A stretch of 64,000 nt of DNA, from assembly GCA_964016885.1 (NCBI GenBank), contig OZ024753.1:30008001-30072000 (forward strand), written 5' to 3'. This DNA is from Eledone cirrhosa. Lineage: Eukaryota. The notes beneath the pieces are model-generated. The model worked only from the letters and a program-made list of their open reading frames with translations, searched no databases and was not told where the DNA came from. This document shows, one piece after another, positions 41,551 through 55,013 of this stretch. Every line of letters begins with the position of its first letter. Position 1 is the stretch's first letter. A program made the translations under genes and the position numbers.

Positions 41551-42492
41551 CATCATCATCATCATCATCAGGTTTAGCGTCCGTGTTCCACGCTTGCATG
41601 GGTTTGGACGGGGGTTTTCCCACTTGAGGCAAGAGTGGTTGTCTTGCTCGCATAGGACTGTCTGGCGGGTTTTCTACAGTTGGATGCCCTTCCTAACACC
41701 AACCACATTTACAGTGTGGGGCTGGGAGGTTTTTACCGTGTTGCCTACACGGCCACATTACAGCGTGGACTGTCTGGCGGGTTTTCTACAGCTGGATGCC
41801 CTTCCTAACACCAACCACATTTACAGTGTGGGGCTGGGAGGTTTTTACCGTGTTGCCTACACGGCCACATTTACAGCGTGGACTGTGTGTTTTTTGTCGT
41901 GACACCTACACAATCTCATTTGTTTCGGCCTGGATGTTGTGGGACCAACATTACTTTACATTGAAAGGGGCGGTGTGGGTGGGGTGGAGGTGGTGGGACG
42001 GGGGTGTGTTTTGATAGAGATGCCTACTGACTGTAGTGGGTTTTTACTTTGTATTTAGGTAAGGCGGGTCTTCTCTATTACTGAGTACCGCCAAAGGTCT
42101 CGGTCCAGTGACATTGTCTTGGAGAGGTGTAAGCGTGTGAGGTCGGAATTTATCAGCTCGTCCCATGTTTTTCTGGGTCTGCCTACTCCGTGGCTACCAT
42201 CTATCTTTATTGCCCTGCACTTTGTTATACAGCTGTCGTCTTTCATGCGCATCACGTGACCGTACCAACGTAGCCTTCTCTCGAGTAAACAACATCTGAT
42301 CCCTCTTATTTCTAATTTTTTCCTTAGTTCGTTTATGCTTTGCCGTTCACGTATATTACTATTGCACATCCAGCGGAGCATGCAAGCTTCGTTCCTCTCT
42401 AGTCTGCGTATATCCTCTGCACACAATGCCCAGGTCTCACTGCCATGCAGCATTGCTGTTCGTATGCAGGCATCGTATAACCTGCCTTTCAT
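41551..42492 (-). mobile_element. 5'-truncated RTE LINE copy with internal 112-bp duplication in the 3' UTR
   Basis: ORF 42055..42492 is the RTE C-terminus; 41655-41766 is repeated from 41767. Confidence 0.95.
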
Positions 42493-42654
42493 TTATATGA
42501 ATAAATATTTTACTCAACACACTGAAGACTCATCCTTTGTCTGTAGATTATTATAAAGTGATTCTCCCTTATTAAAATTATTTTTAAAAAAAATTGTCTT
42601 TACTACCTTGAAGTAAAGAGTAAAGATTATTTTGTCTTAATTGTTTTGTCATAT

Positions 42655-43190
42655 TTGCACAAAGCCAGCATTTGGGACAGGAGAAGAGAAAGTCAGTTAA
42701 ATCAACTCTCAGTACTTTACTGATACTTTATTTTATCAACCCTTAACCCTTTAATAAATAAATCAGCCATAACTAGCTGCTCATACTGATGTTAAGGTAT
42801 TGTTCTCAACATAAATAATATCAATATCTCATATATTTGATATTATGTGAGATAATTATGTGAGGTAAAGCCTTTACCATGAAAATATAATAGTAAATAT
42901 AGGGTAATGTAAATGCTAAAAGGTTAAAGGATGAGAGGCAAAGTTGACCTTGGTAGTATTTAAACCAGCCAGAATTCTCTCACTTTTTTCTGTTCAAACC
43001 GGCTGTAACCAGCCACTCCTACAGACGTTAAGGTATTATTCTCAAAATAAATAATATCAAAATCTCATAGATTCCATATTATGTTAGATGCTGCAAAAAT
43101 ACAATGTTAAATATAGAGTAATATAAATGCTAAAGAGCTAAACTCAGAATGTAGAGAGTCATAAGAAACATTTGATTCTGTTAATCTGCC
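42655..43190. mobile_element. SINE (minus) interrupted by two family A MITE copies
   Basis: SINE pieces TTTATTTTATCAACCC / AGGATGAGAGGCAAAGTTGACCT / AACTCAGAA are separated by MITE bodies at ~42747-42923 and ~42961-43137. Confidence 0.75.
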
Positions 43191-44268
43191 ACTCCTAAAT
43201 ATACTTAAATGATAATTTACAGTCAGTCTAATGTGCTTCCAAACAGTTTCCGTCTACCAAGGCAATGGTAGAGGATACTTGCCGAAAATGCCATGCAGTG
43301 GGATTAAACCCAGAACTTAAATATATGTTATACAAACTCCTTAACCACTCGGCCATACTTTGTCTACATGACTAAAACATTATAGCTCCTATTTATTACA
43401 TGAATTTCATTATATAAAGAAGTCTCAGTCGTATCTTTTCTCAAATGTTGATTAGAATTTTTTGTCTTTGATTTAATAACGTTAGGGACTTTTTATTTCT
43501 ACACCTTTTCTTTATTCCTTCCCCTTTCCCTTTGAAAGCTTTATTTAAAATGTCTCAATGCCTAAAGCTAAATCTCTATTCTCAACAGGATAAAGCAATG
43601 TTCCTCCAGCCAAATTGAAATACTCTCTTTCTACTAAACCAAATAGGTCTAAATATATCAAAGTAATTACCCAGCAACAGTGTGCTCTGTCTAAACTGTG
43701 TGTTCTATTCAACTCTAACATATATGTATGTGTGTGGGTATGTGTGTGTATATATACACACACACACAGTATAACAGGCGTTAAACCTGTAAGACCACTA
43801 CCATTAATCAACTGATATAGAAACCTACAAAATAACCCTTTCAAATGTTCCCTTATTGTTCTTACCTTCAAAGTAAAGGAAATGTTAATTATTACTAAGT
43901 CAGTATTCTTGAATTTTCTCTCGTTTTCCTCAAGGCTATGACACTACTAATGAAGTTCTCTCATTCCAATATCAGTTTTAGGAAATCTCTTCCATCATGG
44001 CTATTCTTCATTCGTTTAGTATTTTTTTCCTTCTCAATAACTATTGTGAGTCTCATTTTTTCTGGTTCTATTTTGCCTGTGTTTTTTTGTTTTGTTTTTT
44101 TGACAGTCATCTTTTAGGTATTATTGAATTAAATTATCAATTTCTTCCTTAGTAACAAGTCAATATTACTAGACCACCCATGACCCATTGGGTCACGTTC
44201 ACTTAAAAATAATTATTAAATAATTAAAATATACAGACATGTACATAATGTAAAATGAACTTGTAAAG

Positions 44269-44331
<63 letters not shown>

Positions 44332-44789
44332 ACATATATATGTGTGTGTGGGAGATCTCCCTGCCTGATGGGAAAGGTTGACAGGTCTGCATTTGTACTC
44401 TTATCAAAAAGAAGTCGTTTTGTTCCTGTATTGCTTAATAGCCAAATTCCATAGCCACAGTGTCTTTTATTGGCTTGTCTCCATCCTAGCATGTCAAGAC
44501 TACATCAATATCTTCACACTCATTTCTATTATTACTGCAAGGAGTGGTTTCAAGCTAAACATCAAATGCACCCAAAATGACATACCTTGGTTTTATAATT
44601 TCCTCTTCTTACTCATAGGTTTAAGTTAGAGACTTAATCATTTTTTTGTTATTTCATAATACACAGAAATATGACGCAAAAACTGGAGGGGAAATACCCT
44701 TTAAAAACCAGTATTTTCATCCCTCACATTGTGAAATTTTCCAACAGAGTTTCTATGACCACTAAATACAAATAGTTACTTGTAATACA

Positions 44790-44986
44790 CAGACCTGTCA
44801 ACTCTCCCCCCATCCGACAGGGAGATCTCCCACCCACTTTGGGGTGGGTGAGAGATGTCTTCTCTTGTGAAAATGGGTATAGTTTTCATTATGTAAAATC
44901 TCGCCATTTTACCCCATTTCTCCTCGCTTGGAGGCATTTATTTTTCATGGTACTCTCCGTTTGGCTTTTAGAGGTTGGCAGGTCTG
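44790..44986. mobile_element. MITE with TIR CAGACCTG(T/C)CAAC
   Basis: CAGACCTGTCAAC ... GTTGGCAGGTCTG; an inverted copy of its left end lies at 44348-44389. Confidence 0.65.
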
Positions 44987-45204
44987 GATACAATAAACTG
45001 TGTTCTATTTTATTTATTCAAAACTTTCAGAAGTCAAAATTTTACTCCCAGTGTTCGTTGTAGTGACAGTAGTGTAACAACAATACGAAATCCTGTTATT
45101 GTGTTACAGGAGTTAACTTAGAAAATGAGATGTGTATGTTTGATGTATAGTGAAATGACGTACAGATTCTGTCCTTAATATTTTCTCTTGAAACATTATT
45201 ATCT

Positions 45205-45405
45205 CGCTGAGGTCAGCTTTGTCTTTCATCCTTTCGAGGGCGATAAAAAAAAGTACCAGTCGATTCTTCCTCTATATATCTTTCTCATTTCCTTTCTAGC
45301 ACTTTTTATCCTTCTCTGGAAGAAATTTGCTGTACTCAGCCCTGGAGAGGGTTTTAAATGCCCAAGAAACGGCGCCCCTTCGACTCCCCCGGGAGTTACG
45401 GGACC
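45205..45405 (+). mobile_element. 5'-truncated SINE (tail type B)
   Basis: Central domain plus tail similar to 17250-17430. Confidence 0.7.
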
Positions 45406-45775
45406 ATACCATACTATATATATATAATGATAAACACATTAGTTCTTCAATTTCTTTTACGTTCTACCGGAACTGGGTGGTTTCAGGATATATACCTAAT
45501 GCCTTTAAATTCCTCTCTATCCTTCTATTTTTATTTGAGTTCCAGCCTAGGGGCTGAGGCTATGCCGGGGCACCGCCACTCTATGTAGACATTTAAGAAT
45601 CTACTCTTCCCCTTATTTTTCCTTCATCACAGTTTCCTGTCGATTCTTATTTAATTTTTCTCGTAATTTCTATTACAAATGGTAATGACTATAAAGTATG
45701 AAATCCCGTGAAATACCCTAAACTTATATATATATAATTTGTTTAGCAAGATTCTTTATCTATATATATATATTG

Positions 45776-46046
45776 TACTTCCGACATTCGCGGAATTTTC
45801 CTCAGAACCTAACTAATAATTGTTCGTGGAAACCACCACATATTCGCGGAATCGTAAATATCTTCTGCGATTTTTTTATGGCCTTTTTCGTGACAATATA
45901 TATTTTTTAACGCTTTTTAACGCTAAATTATTAATAACAATAAACCTATTTGCCGTGACATTTATAGGCATTTTTATGGACCACGTCCATTATTCGCGAT
46001 CCCCCAATCGCGGATTCTCTATGAACGTAGCCACCGCGAATACAAC

Positions 46047-46048
<2 letters not shown>
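45776..46048. mobile_element. Possible pogo/Tigger-like MITE
   Basis: Repeated ATTCGCG motifs with inverted CCGCGAATA at the right end; TIRs imperfect. Confidence 0.35.
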
Positions 46049-46090
<42 letters not shown>

Positions 46091-46537
46091 CACATACCAC
46101 TGACCAACTGGAGCATACATGGGCTTTATTTCCCGAGACCACCGAGGAGAGAACCTAAAGGCAGTTATTTTTTTTCCCTTTCAATGAAATACACATCCGA
46201 AAAGGGTGAAGTTAAAATAAAGACTGCTATCTTGGTAAGTAAGCTTCTACTTTTAAAGGAGCGTCAACATGAAGAAGCGAGTTCATCACGCTGACCTCCA
46301 GCCCAATAGCAGCTTTATAGGAAAGGGAGAGGGTTGTCTACGATGTCCCACCACTTGATAAATAAATATATTGATAGTTTAGGCCAGCTGCCTTCCTCTC
46401 TGGCTTTTGTAGCGAGTGCGCCTATCTCTTCTCGCAGCATTAATACTTCCTTCTTTCACCCTCTGCGCCTCTCTCTCTCTCTACGTCTCTTCCTCTCTCT
46501 CTCTCTCCTACCATCACCATCCACATTTTATACTTAG

Positions 46538-46642
46538 CTTCAAATCGATGGCACATGCCAAGTGGACCAGTTCTTACTCACAAATGGCTTCAGCTTCTTT
46601 ACCATCTGAATATGTTTATTTATCAGCACGTTGTTGTCGGAG
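46538..46642 (+). other. Candidate host exon
   Basis: TTTTATACTTAG| acceptor, ATG at 46548 (MAHAKWTSSYSQMASASLPSEYVYLSARCCR), GAG|GTAAAT donor, in a CpG-retaining zone. No homology recognised. Confidence 0.25.
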
Positions 46643-47138
46643 GTAAATATTTTCTAATATACGATTTTTATTATATATATATTCATATTTATCACCTAAT
46701 TTCTTTCCATCGTGTTAGCGGTTTGTTAGGCCTAACAACAATTCTATGAAACAGCAGTTAACTTTCGTTATACTGTCGGAAACTTAATTCAGTGGAAGCA
46801 AACATAACTATATCGACTTTTCTAGCTTAATAGAGAAAGACTAAATCGGACGATTCTATAAGAAGTATTCAAATAGGATAAGCTATATATATGTATATAT
46901 GTATTTTTTATTTGTCTCGATCCAATATTAAACACGTGTCTATCATAGTATGCCTCTAATGAACCCATCGTTGCGAACGCTAACTTCTACAGTGGTAGCT
47001 AATTTTAACATCAGTCTAACTGGTTACTTTTTGAATTTCGTTGGTCTTCAGCGATCTCTTTTATTTGTTTTTTTTTTTAAATATCTAGCGCATGGAATTG
47101 TAAACTGTGGTGTATATTATATATACACATACACACAA

Positions 47139-47181
<43 letters not shown>

Positions 47182-47300
47182 TGTGTGTGTGTGTGTGTGT
47201 GTGTTGCCCTATGGTTAAGCTTTTACCGTTATATATGTGTGTGTATATGTACATTTCACCATTTTCTTCTCTTCTACAGTATTGATTGGCAATTTTAAGT

Positions 47301-47364
<64 letters not shown>

Positions 47365-48464
47365 AAATGTGTGTGAATCCCGGATTCAATCGGGTGTAAC
47401 CACAGTAAGTAAGGTACTTTCCTGATTTCCCTTCGAATGAAACAGTTCTAGTCCTGTAGAAACCATTTCTATATTAAATGTTTTTATATATATATATATG
47501 TACGTACAAGCTCTTAGTTTTATTCTTACAATTTGTTTTCATAGTATTCAGTATTTTTCTATAGATGTAACTTGGAAAAATATCGGAAATAGCACACACA
47601 CACACATATTACACGAGAATAATTCAATTTCACATACACACAAAACGAAAAAATATAAAGAAAAAAAAAAAAACTTATCGGATATATATAACGGAAAAAC
47701 ACAGTAAGTTTGAAAAAAATAGAACACAAAATATGAAAACTTATATAGATCATAACATACAGTTTCATCCGGCAAACTATAAAGCGGACGTGCGTATGTG
47801 TAAATATGATTTATAAAAGATCTTTAAAAGCACATGCATAAATACGGAATAGAAACGTACTTTTAATCACGTACATAAGACAGGTGCCCTCTCACTTCCT
47901 GTTGACGTTGAAAGAAATTGAAAGTTTTACATTACATTTTTATGTGTTTTTAGTTTTACTTCGCTCGATTCTAAACATTATGTTTTCTAAACACACACAC
48001 GTTATATATATATATATATATAGTGAGTCTGTGTGTGTAATTTGAAAATATAGAAACCACAATACAGTTAACTATAATAATAATAGATAACTATTTAAAA
48101 AAGAAAAAAAAAAAAAACTTTTTCCCCGTCACCGTTGTTGGTATTTTACCCGATTTATTTATTTATTGTTTATGATTATTAACTACTATAATTGTTATCC
48201 GTATTGCGGCGACTATATTTTTGAATTTTCTAATTATACTACGTACGTTAACCAGATGTTCATACACACGCACACATATGTGTGTGTGTGTGTATATATG
48301 TATTTATTATATGAGTCCCGGGTTCAATCGGGGGTAACCACATTAAGTAAGGTATTCAATATATTAGTAGAGTGTATACAATAAATTTAATATAGAAATG
48401 GCTTCTACAGGACTAGAACTGTTTCATTCGAAGGAAATCCTCATTAAATTTGTTATACACATAT

Positions 48465-48552
<88 letters not shown>

Positions 48553-48858
48553 CTGAGATTGTGAACATTTAATATTCTTAACGGATGTGATGTGAACGTC
48601 TAAATAGATTGGTAGGCGATATATCTGGGTTTTGTTAATCACCTTTGCTAATCCGGTGGCCGTTATCCGTTTAGCATCAAGCCCCTGAAATACTGTAAGG
48701 TTGGGAGGATTGTAATTCTATAGGAATATTTGAATTATATGCATCCCTCTTTCTTTCTTTCTCCCTCTGTATATAATTGTGTGTGTGTGTGTGTGTTGTT
48801 TACAACGAGTACAAAGAAGCGGTAATCAATACACACACACACACACATACACATACAC

Positions 48859-48917
<59 letters not shown>

Positions 48918-49823
48918 CAGTGCGTGCGCGTGTGTACACGCCCTTTTACAAACGTATTTAATACGTGTATAAATTGTGTTGCAAATGAAAGAAATTATTT
49001 CAGGGCAAACTTACGTTCTCTTCCCCCGTAGTTATATATATAATATATATATATACATATATTATATATATTATATGTATATATATTATGTAGATATTAT
49101 ATATATATATATATATATATAATATAATATATATAATATATATATATATAATATATATATATATATAATATATAATATATATATATAATATATATATAAA
49201 ATATATATATATATAATTGTTTCTACTTTTGGCACAAGGCCAGCAATAACCAGTACTGGTACTTTATTTATACAGTTAATTTAGCTGGGTAATGTCTATC
49301 TAGCTTTCTCCCCCCCCCCCCCTCTCTCTATATATATATATATTGTATTATTGTGTGTGTGTATATATATATATATGTATATGTGGATAATATATCAAAC
49401 ATAAGTGTGTGCGTGTATATATGAATAATATCCTTAGATAATATATCAAACATATAAGTGTGTGCGTGTATATATGTATAATATGCTATAAATGTGGTCA
49501 GGAAAATGATTAGATGATGTTATATGTGTGTGTATGTATACAGATATGTGTGTATATATATATTTTTATGTAGGTGTGTGTATATATTTCACGATGCTGA
49601 TACTTCATCCCGCATTGGTTGAAAATGGGTGGGTCGGTGGGAAATATATATTCATGTTTGTGTGTGTATATGTGTGTATTTGAACTTGTGTGTGTGTGTG
49701 TATTATCATCAATATTGTTTTTACATTGAATTTTCCATGACAGTATGGGTTGGACTGAACCTTTTGGAGCAGTGTACACACACAGACACCGTGTAACTAT
49801 TCTTAACTAGATACACATGGCCT

Positions 49824-49854
<31 letters not shown>

Positions 49855-49911
49855 CTGTTTGTGGTTGTTGGCTGAGAGAAAGGAGTACTCAATAACGAAT
49901 TAAAGTTTTAG

Positions 49912-50027
49912 TATTCATTTTATTAAGGCTAAATAGTGAGTCTTTGTTATTCTGGAGTTTCGCCTATGGTAAACAGGCTAAACTCCAGAGTAACAAGACT
50001 CAGTATTTCACCTTAATAAAATGAATA
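49912..50027. repeat. Imperfect ~54-bp-arm hairpin (pLTR-like)
   Basis: 49912-49965 vs 49975-50027; the two arms give the consensus GGCGAAAC-TCCAGA-GTA. Confidence 0.8.
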
Positions 50028-50301
50028 TATGGCTTAGTGGTTAGAGCATTGTCCTTGCAATCGAAAGGGTGTGAGTTCAGTTCTCAGACTGTGTGACGTG
50101 TTGTTTCCTTGAGCAAGACACTTTATTTCACATTGCTCCAGTTTACTCAGCTGTAGACTGGGGTCCCTATAATTCCATGGCAAAAAAGCACCCACTGTAA
50201 ATGAGGTTGGTGTTAGGAAGGGCATCCAGCTGTAGAAATCAAGCTAGAATCAATTCCTGCCCCCCTGCAAGCAGGAAAAAGCGGACGTAAAATGATGATG
50301 A
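50028..50301 (+). mobile_element. CORE-like SINE with RTE-derived 3' tail
   Basis: TGGCTTAGTGGTTAGAGC head, CCTTGAGCAAGACACTT, then GTTGGTGTTAGGAAGGGCATCCAGC ... GGACGTAAAATGATGATGAT. Confidence 0.8.
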
Positions 50302-50575
50302 TATATATATATTTGTGTATGTGTTCGCTCAATATTTATGGAGGGACATGGTTAGATCTAAACTATGTACAAGCCATTGGTTGAGTTTCATTTAATGTTC
50401 TCTTCCACTTTTAATGTGTGTGGACAAATGCCATAGACATTAGCAACTTATGTCATAGTTACTCCAATGATTCAAGCAGAACTGAGTGGCTGAATACTCT
50501 CTGGCTTACAGAACACGAGATACTAGCTACCTCAGGTTCCCAGGTGCTTGGAATGGAGAAAGTGTTGCTGTAAAG

Positions 50576-50709
50576 TAGGGTTTCCTAAACTTTTTCAAAT
50601 GCAGAACACTGTTATATGGTCGTAATATAAATATACTCCTCTACCATTTTTCACGAAACCCCTGACACTCCTTTGCAGAACCCTTGGGTTCTCACTTTGG
50701 GAATCACTG
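50576..50709. mobile_element. hAT (Charlie-like) MITE
   Basis: TAGGGTTTCCTAAAC ... TTGGGAATCACTG; body shared with 55522-55667. Confidence 0.6.
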
Positions 50710-51844
50710 CCCTAGAGAATAGTAAGGAAGACATATTGTCTTTGGCATTCATTGGATGGACTATACCTGTTATTAGAAATCATCACACAGTTACACACTT
50801 TTTGCTTGAGAGAGAGGGGGGGGGTTACATTAACTCTTAACCTCCTGTACCACATGAAACTACATTAGCAAGACAAAACAGCACTATTACTGCATCACAT
50901 TAAACATTGGAAGTCTTTGCTTTAGTTCACTGTAAATTGTCCTGATTTGCCCAGCAGTAAAAATATTATAAATGGTGATAGGAAGGGCAACTAGCTGTAG
51001 AAAGCTTGCCAGACAAAGGGTTGGGAGGACCCTTGAGTTGTATCAAAGACATGACAATCTTTCCTATGAGACCGATATGTAGTTGAGATACAAACCCCTG
51101 ATCTGTCTGGGGGAGGGGGTCAGTGACTCCATTTCAGTACTGACTTGGTCTGTGTGTACCCGTCCATCCCTTGTTAGTAGGGAAAGTGGATGTTAAAACG
51201 ATGATGATGATATATATGTACGTATGTATGTATACATATGTAATTTTACTGCTCACACTGATGCAGTTTAACTGGCTTCATGCAAAGTTACATCTCATAG
51301 ATTTCTTGGATATTTTAATGATAGGGTCACCAATCCTATGATTCATATGTATATACATATATGTGTGTGTGAGTTTATATATTTATATACACACGCACAC
51401 ATTCATTTTTATAATGAAATACAATTGTAATGGCAACCACTTTGTGATAGATTTATTTGTGAAATGTTAATTTGGAATCTTCCTCCCTATCAGTTTCTCT
51501 CACAGCAATGTTGACAAGATGGTCAGTAGTCAAATAGTAGTTATCTATAGCTACCTACCTATCTATTTGTCTATTTATCTATCCATCCATCTATTTATTT
51601 ATCACTATCATACTCTCTATCTACCTATATATCTCTATATATTCACCTATCCAACTCTCTACCTCTCTAGCTGTCTGTCAATCTATAGTTATATGTTTAT
51701 GTATATTTACCAAATAGTGTTTCCTAACCACAAATCTGAGCAGTTGTGTCAGATGCAATAAAAAAAAATGTAGTGAAATTTGAAATGAAGAAGCTAGTGT
51801 ACTGGCATTTTAAGAACACATGGTGTGTATATATGTGTGTGGGT

Positions 51845-52295
51845 GAAGGAACATGGCCTAGTAGTTAGTGTTGGACTCATGATTGTAAGATCGTTAGTTC
51901 AAACCCTGGGCAAGGCAGCATATTGTGTTCCTAAGGAATACGTTTCATTTCACATTGCTTTTCATGATGAGGTTCAATAAAACTAAAATATGTCCATTAC
52001 ACTCACCTTTGGAAGGTAGCAAATTAACAAAACCATTAGGGCATAGGGTTAAACTGGTTTGCAGTATTTGTTCCATCTCTGTACGTTCTGGGTTCAAATC
52101 ACATCAAGATCAACTTTGTCTTTTGTTATTTCAGAGTTGATAAAGTACTAGTCCACCATATTCTTGCATGTTTTAGGGGGCAACTAAAAGGGTTGATCTC
52201 AGGAAGGGCATCTCACTGTAAAACATTGCCTCAAAACATCCTGCCCAACCCATGCCAGCAGGGAAAAGTGGGGTTAAAAATGAGGTTGGTGATGA
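51845..52295 (+). mobile_element. Composite of SINE fragments
   Basis: tRNA head 51845-51955, second SINE 52014-52150, RTE-type tail 52190-52295. Confidence 0.6.
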
Positions 52296-53139
52296 GAAAT
52301 AGAATTGCCAAAAGTTAAATAAGAATTTTAATTTTTTAATATGATCATCATCATCATCATCATTTTTATGTTCACTTCAACTTTTCCTTGCTGGCTTGAG
52401 CTAGACAGGAAATTTTGAGACAATGTTTTACAGCTGGTGCCAACTGTTTTAGTTTCCTTTTACACCACAAAAGTATACAGTATATCTATTCTAAAAACCA
52501 GGATATACTCAGCATATCTGAATTTTATTATTGTAGTCTATCCTTTATCTGACTCTTCCTTTCTTTGCTTCTCATGTAAATATGAGCTGTATTTATACTC
52601 AGCTCAGTACATTTTAGGATGGTATAACTATCCATCCATAAATGTGACAACTTTCTTGAAGCTTCTCAAAAACCTCTCAATATGCCTCTTTATATGGCCT
52701 TTTGAAGATAGCTTTACTCTCAGCTGCACCAGATAAAATTGTATACACTCTTTATGTCCAACTGCATCAAATCACCACAGTGTCACTTAACCCTTAACAA
52801 GGTCTTCCCCTTCACAATGGAACATTCAATCACTTCTTGGACTCTACAACTGCATCACAAGCTACCTTTCCAGGAAGGCAATAACTTCAAATAAGGACTG
52901 ATAAAATGTAGAGTGAACCCTTTAATCATTTCTTACATGTCAAAATCTCTGTTGTACCAGTGGTATGATATAACACACTCAGTATACTCTGTAGATTGAT
53001 TGGCTATAATTTCTATGGTTGGATGCCCTTCATATGACAAACATGGAACAAACATGATGTAGTCTCTGTAAGTGTACCTACCTTGGTCTACCTGTCTCTG
53101 AGGACAGTAAATTCAAACAAATACTAATACAGGGCAGAG

Positions 53140-53250
53140 AGTTGCGATGCACTGACGCCCTGTTCAGGGTGAGGTTTTGTACTCTCAGTTGCCATGGAAA
53201 CCGGGATAAGCACCGACCTGATGAGCCTCTCGGCTCAAGACAAACTTTAG
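53140..53250 (+). mobile_element. V-domain-like SINE fragment
   Basis: TGCGATGCACTGACGCCCTGTTCAGGG ... GGAAACCGGGATAAGC ... CCTGATGAGCC ... GGCTC resembles V-SINE body and tail (from recall, unverified). Confidence 0.4.
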
Positions 53251-53899
53251 ACAGGCCAGAGGGCAAACTTATAACCTGCACATGTGGCACAAATGTCATT
53301 TTTTTTTTACTTCTTGCTGTATGTATGTGAAAGTTGTGAGCCATGACAAACCATGTAAGGCTTGCCAATATGGAATAATGAATGTGGGAAAGAGTGACAT
53401 ACTTATGAACATGTTTATATATACACATGTCTGTGTAACATATACATACACACCCATGCACCTTTTTTACACCTGTTTTTTAATACTTGCATTGGTTGGA
53501 TGTGATTTTTTTTTTTTTTTTTTTTTAGCTCTGTTTTACACCTGGATGTATTTAATCACATTGTGGCAGGAAAGGATACAGCAGATCTTTCCCCCAAACA
53601 GGGGTTCAAACTCTCTCTCACACACATATATCTATATGGTGTTTATAGAGTACCTAAGTGTTTTTTACTATTCAAGTTTCATATCAACCCATCATGGTAA
53701 AAATACAATAATAAACAATTAAAAAATGTTTTTGTATGAGGAGTGGTGCCTCGGTGAATTTTTGCCTGAGTTACTCCCTTTGACAGAATAATACTAGGAG
53801 TGCAGGTGGATTTGTCTGTAGGAAATAAGATTTATAGCCTGTAATATGTGTTTTCATAACTATTTGCGTATTAGATTAGACTCATGTGGTGACCCTTGT

Positions 53900-54253
53900 A
53901 AACCCGTGTAGGTGTCAGAACAAAAAGCACCCAGTCCACACTGTAAAGTGGTCGTGTAGGTGTCACAACAAAAAGCACCCAGTCCACACTGTAAAGTGGT
54001 CGTGTAGGTGTCACAACAAAAAGCACTCAGTCCACACTGTAAAGTGGTTGTGTAGGTGTCAACAAAAAGCTCCCACTATTCACTGTACATGAGGTTGGCA
54101 TTAGGAAGGGCATCCAGCTGTAGAAACCTAACCAAAATCAATTCTGTATGAGCAAGAGATGGTCACCTAACCTAGCATTGCCCACAACAGGACAACTCGT
54201 CTAACCCATGCTAGTATGGAGAAATGAACATAAAAAGGTGGTGATGATGATGA
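53900..54253 (+). mobile_element. RTE-tail-related element with a 48-bp tandem expansion
   Basis: Units start at 53906, 53954, 54002 and 54050 (partial), followed by TTAGGAAGGGCATCCAGCTGTAGAAA...CCCATGC...GATGATGAT. Confidence 0.8.
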
Positions 54254-54543
54254 CTGCCATTAACGGCTTATGTAAATTGAATAAACCTATTTGCATATTT
54301 AATGCATTCTTTGCAGCTACTTCAGTTAATACATTATTGGTGTGTTAAGGGCTTTGCTACATACTGCATTGCCTAAAATCTATAGATATGTTCTGTGGTA
54401 CAGCATAACATTGAAACAGAACACTGTTAATGAACCAGTAATTTCTTAATCAAATTAGCTGCCAAGAATGTAGTAAATATACCAATCAGTCTAACTGATT
54501 AACTTAAGATTAGCAGCCCATATAACACCAGGAGATTATTTAA

Positions 54544-54751
54544 CCCTTTACCATTTAAACCGGCCATATCCAGCCAGAATTCTCTCACCTCTTTCTGTTC
54601 AAACCAGCTGTAACTGGCCGCTCATACTGATGTTAAGGTATTGTTCACAAAATAAATAACATCAAAATCTCATAGATTCGATATTATGAGAGGTAAAACC
54701 TTTACTGTGAAAATACAACAGTAAATACAGAGTAATGTAAATGCGAAAGGG
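54544..54751. mobile_element. piggyBac-type MITE family A
   Basis: TTAA|CCCTTTACCATTTA ... TAAATGCGAAAGGG. Confidence 0.85.
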
Positions 54752-54976
54752 ATAAACCTGGTGAAACGTGTGTAATCTTGTGTTAAATTGATCTCCCTCT
54801 CTCTTCTAGTTGTTATACTCTACAATCCTACATTATATCAGGTAGTTGTCATCTCCTGTTCCTATGTTACAGAAGAAACGAGTAATTCTCCCCTGGATTG
54901 ACACTACTTCACCTTGGAAACAAATTATTATATTATTGAGTGCTGAACAGGTTTATGCCTGCATCGATTGCAATCC

Positions 54977-55013
<37 letters not shown>

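Noticed and set aside
53217-53250. CTGATGAGCC..GGCTC as a hammerhead core
   Set aside because: No GAAA after the stem; better explained as a SINE tail.
53906-54090. Regular 48-bp repeats resembling a CRISPR array
   Set aside because: Units are contiguous with no unique spacers, derive from the RTE-type 3' UTR, and there are no cas genes.
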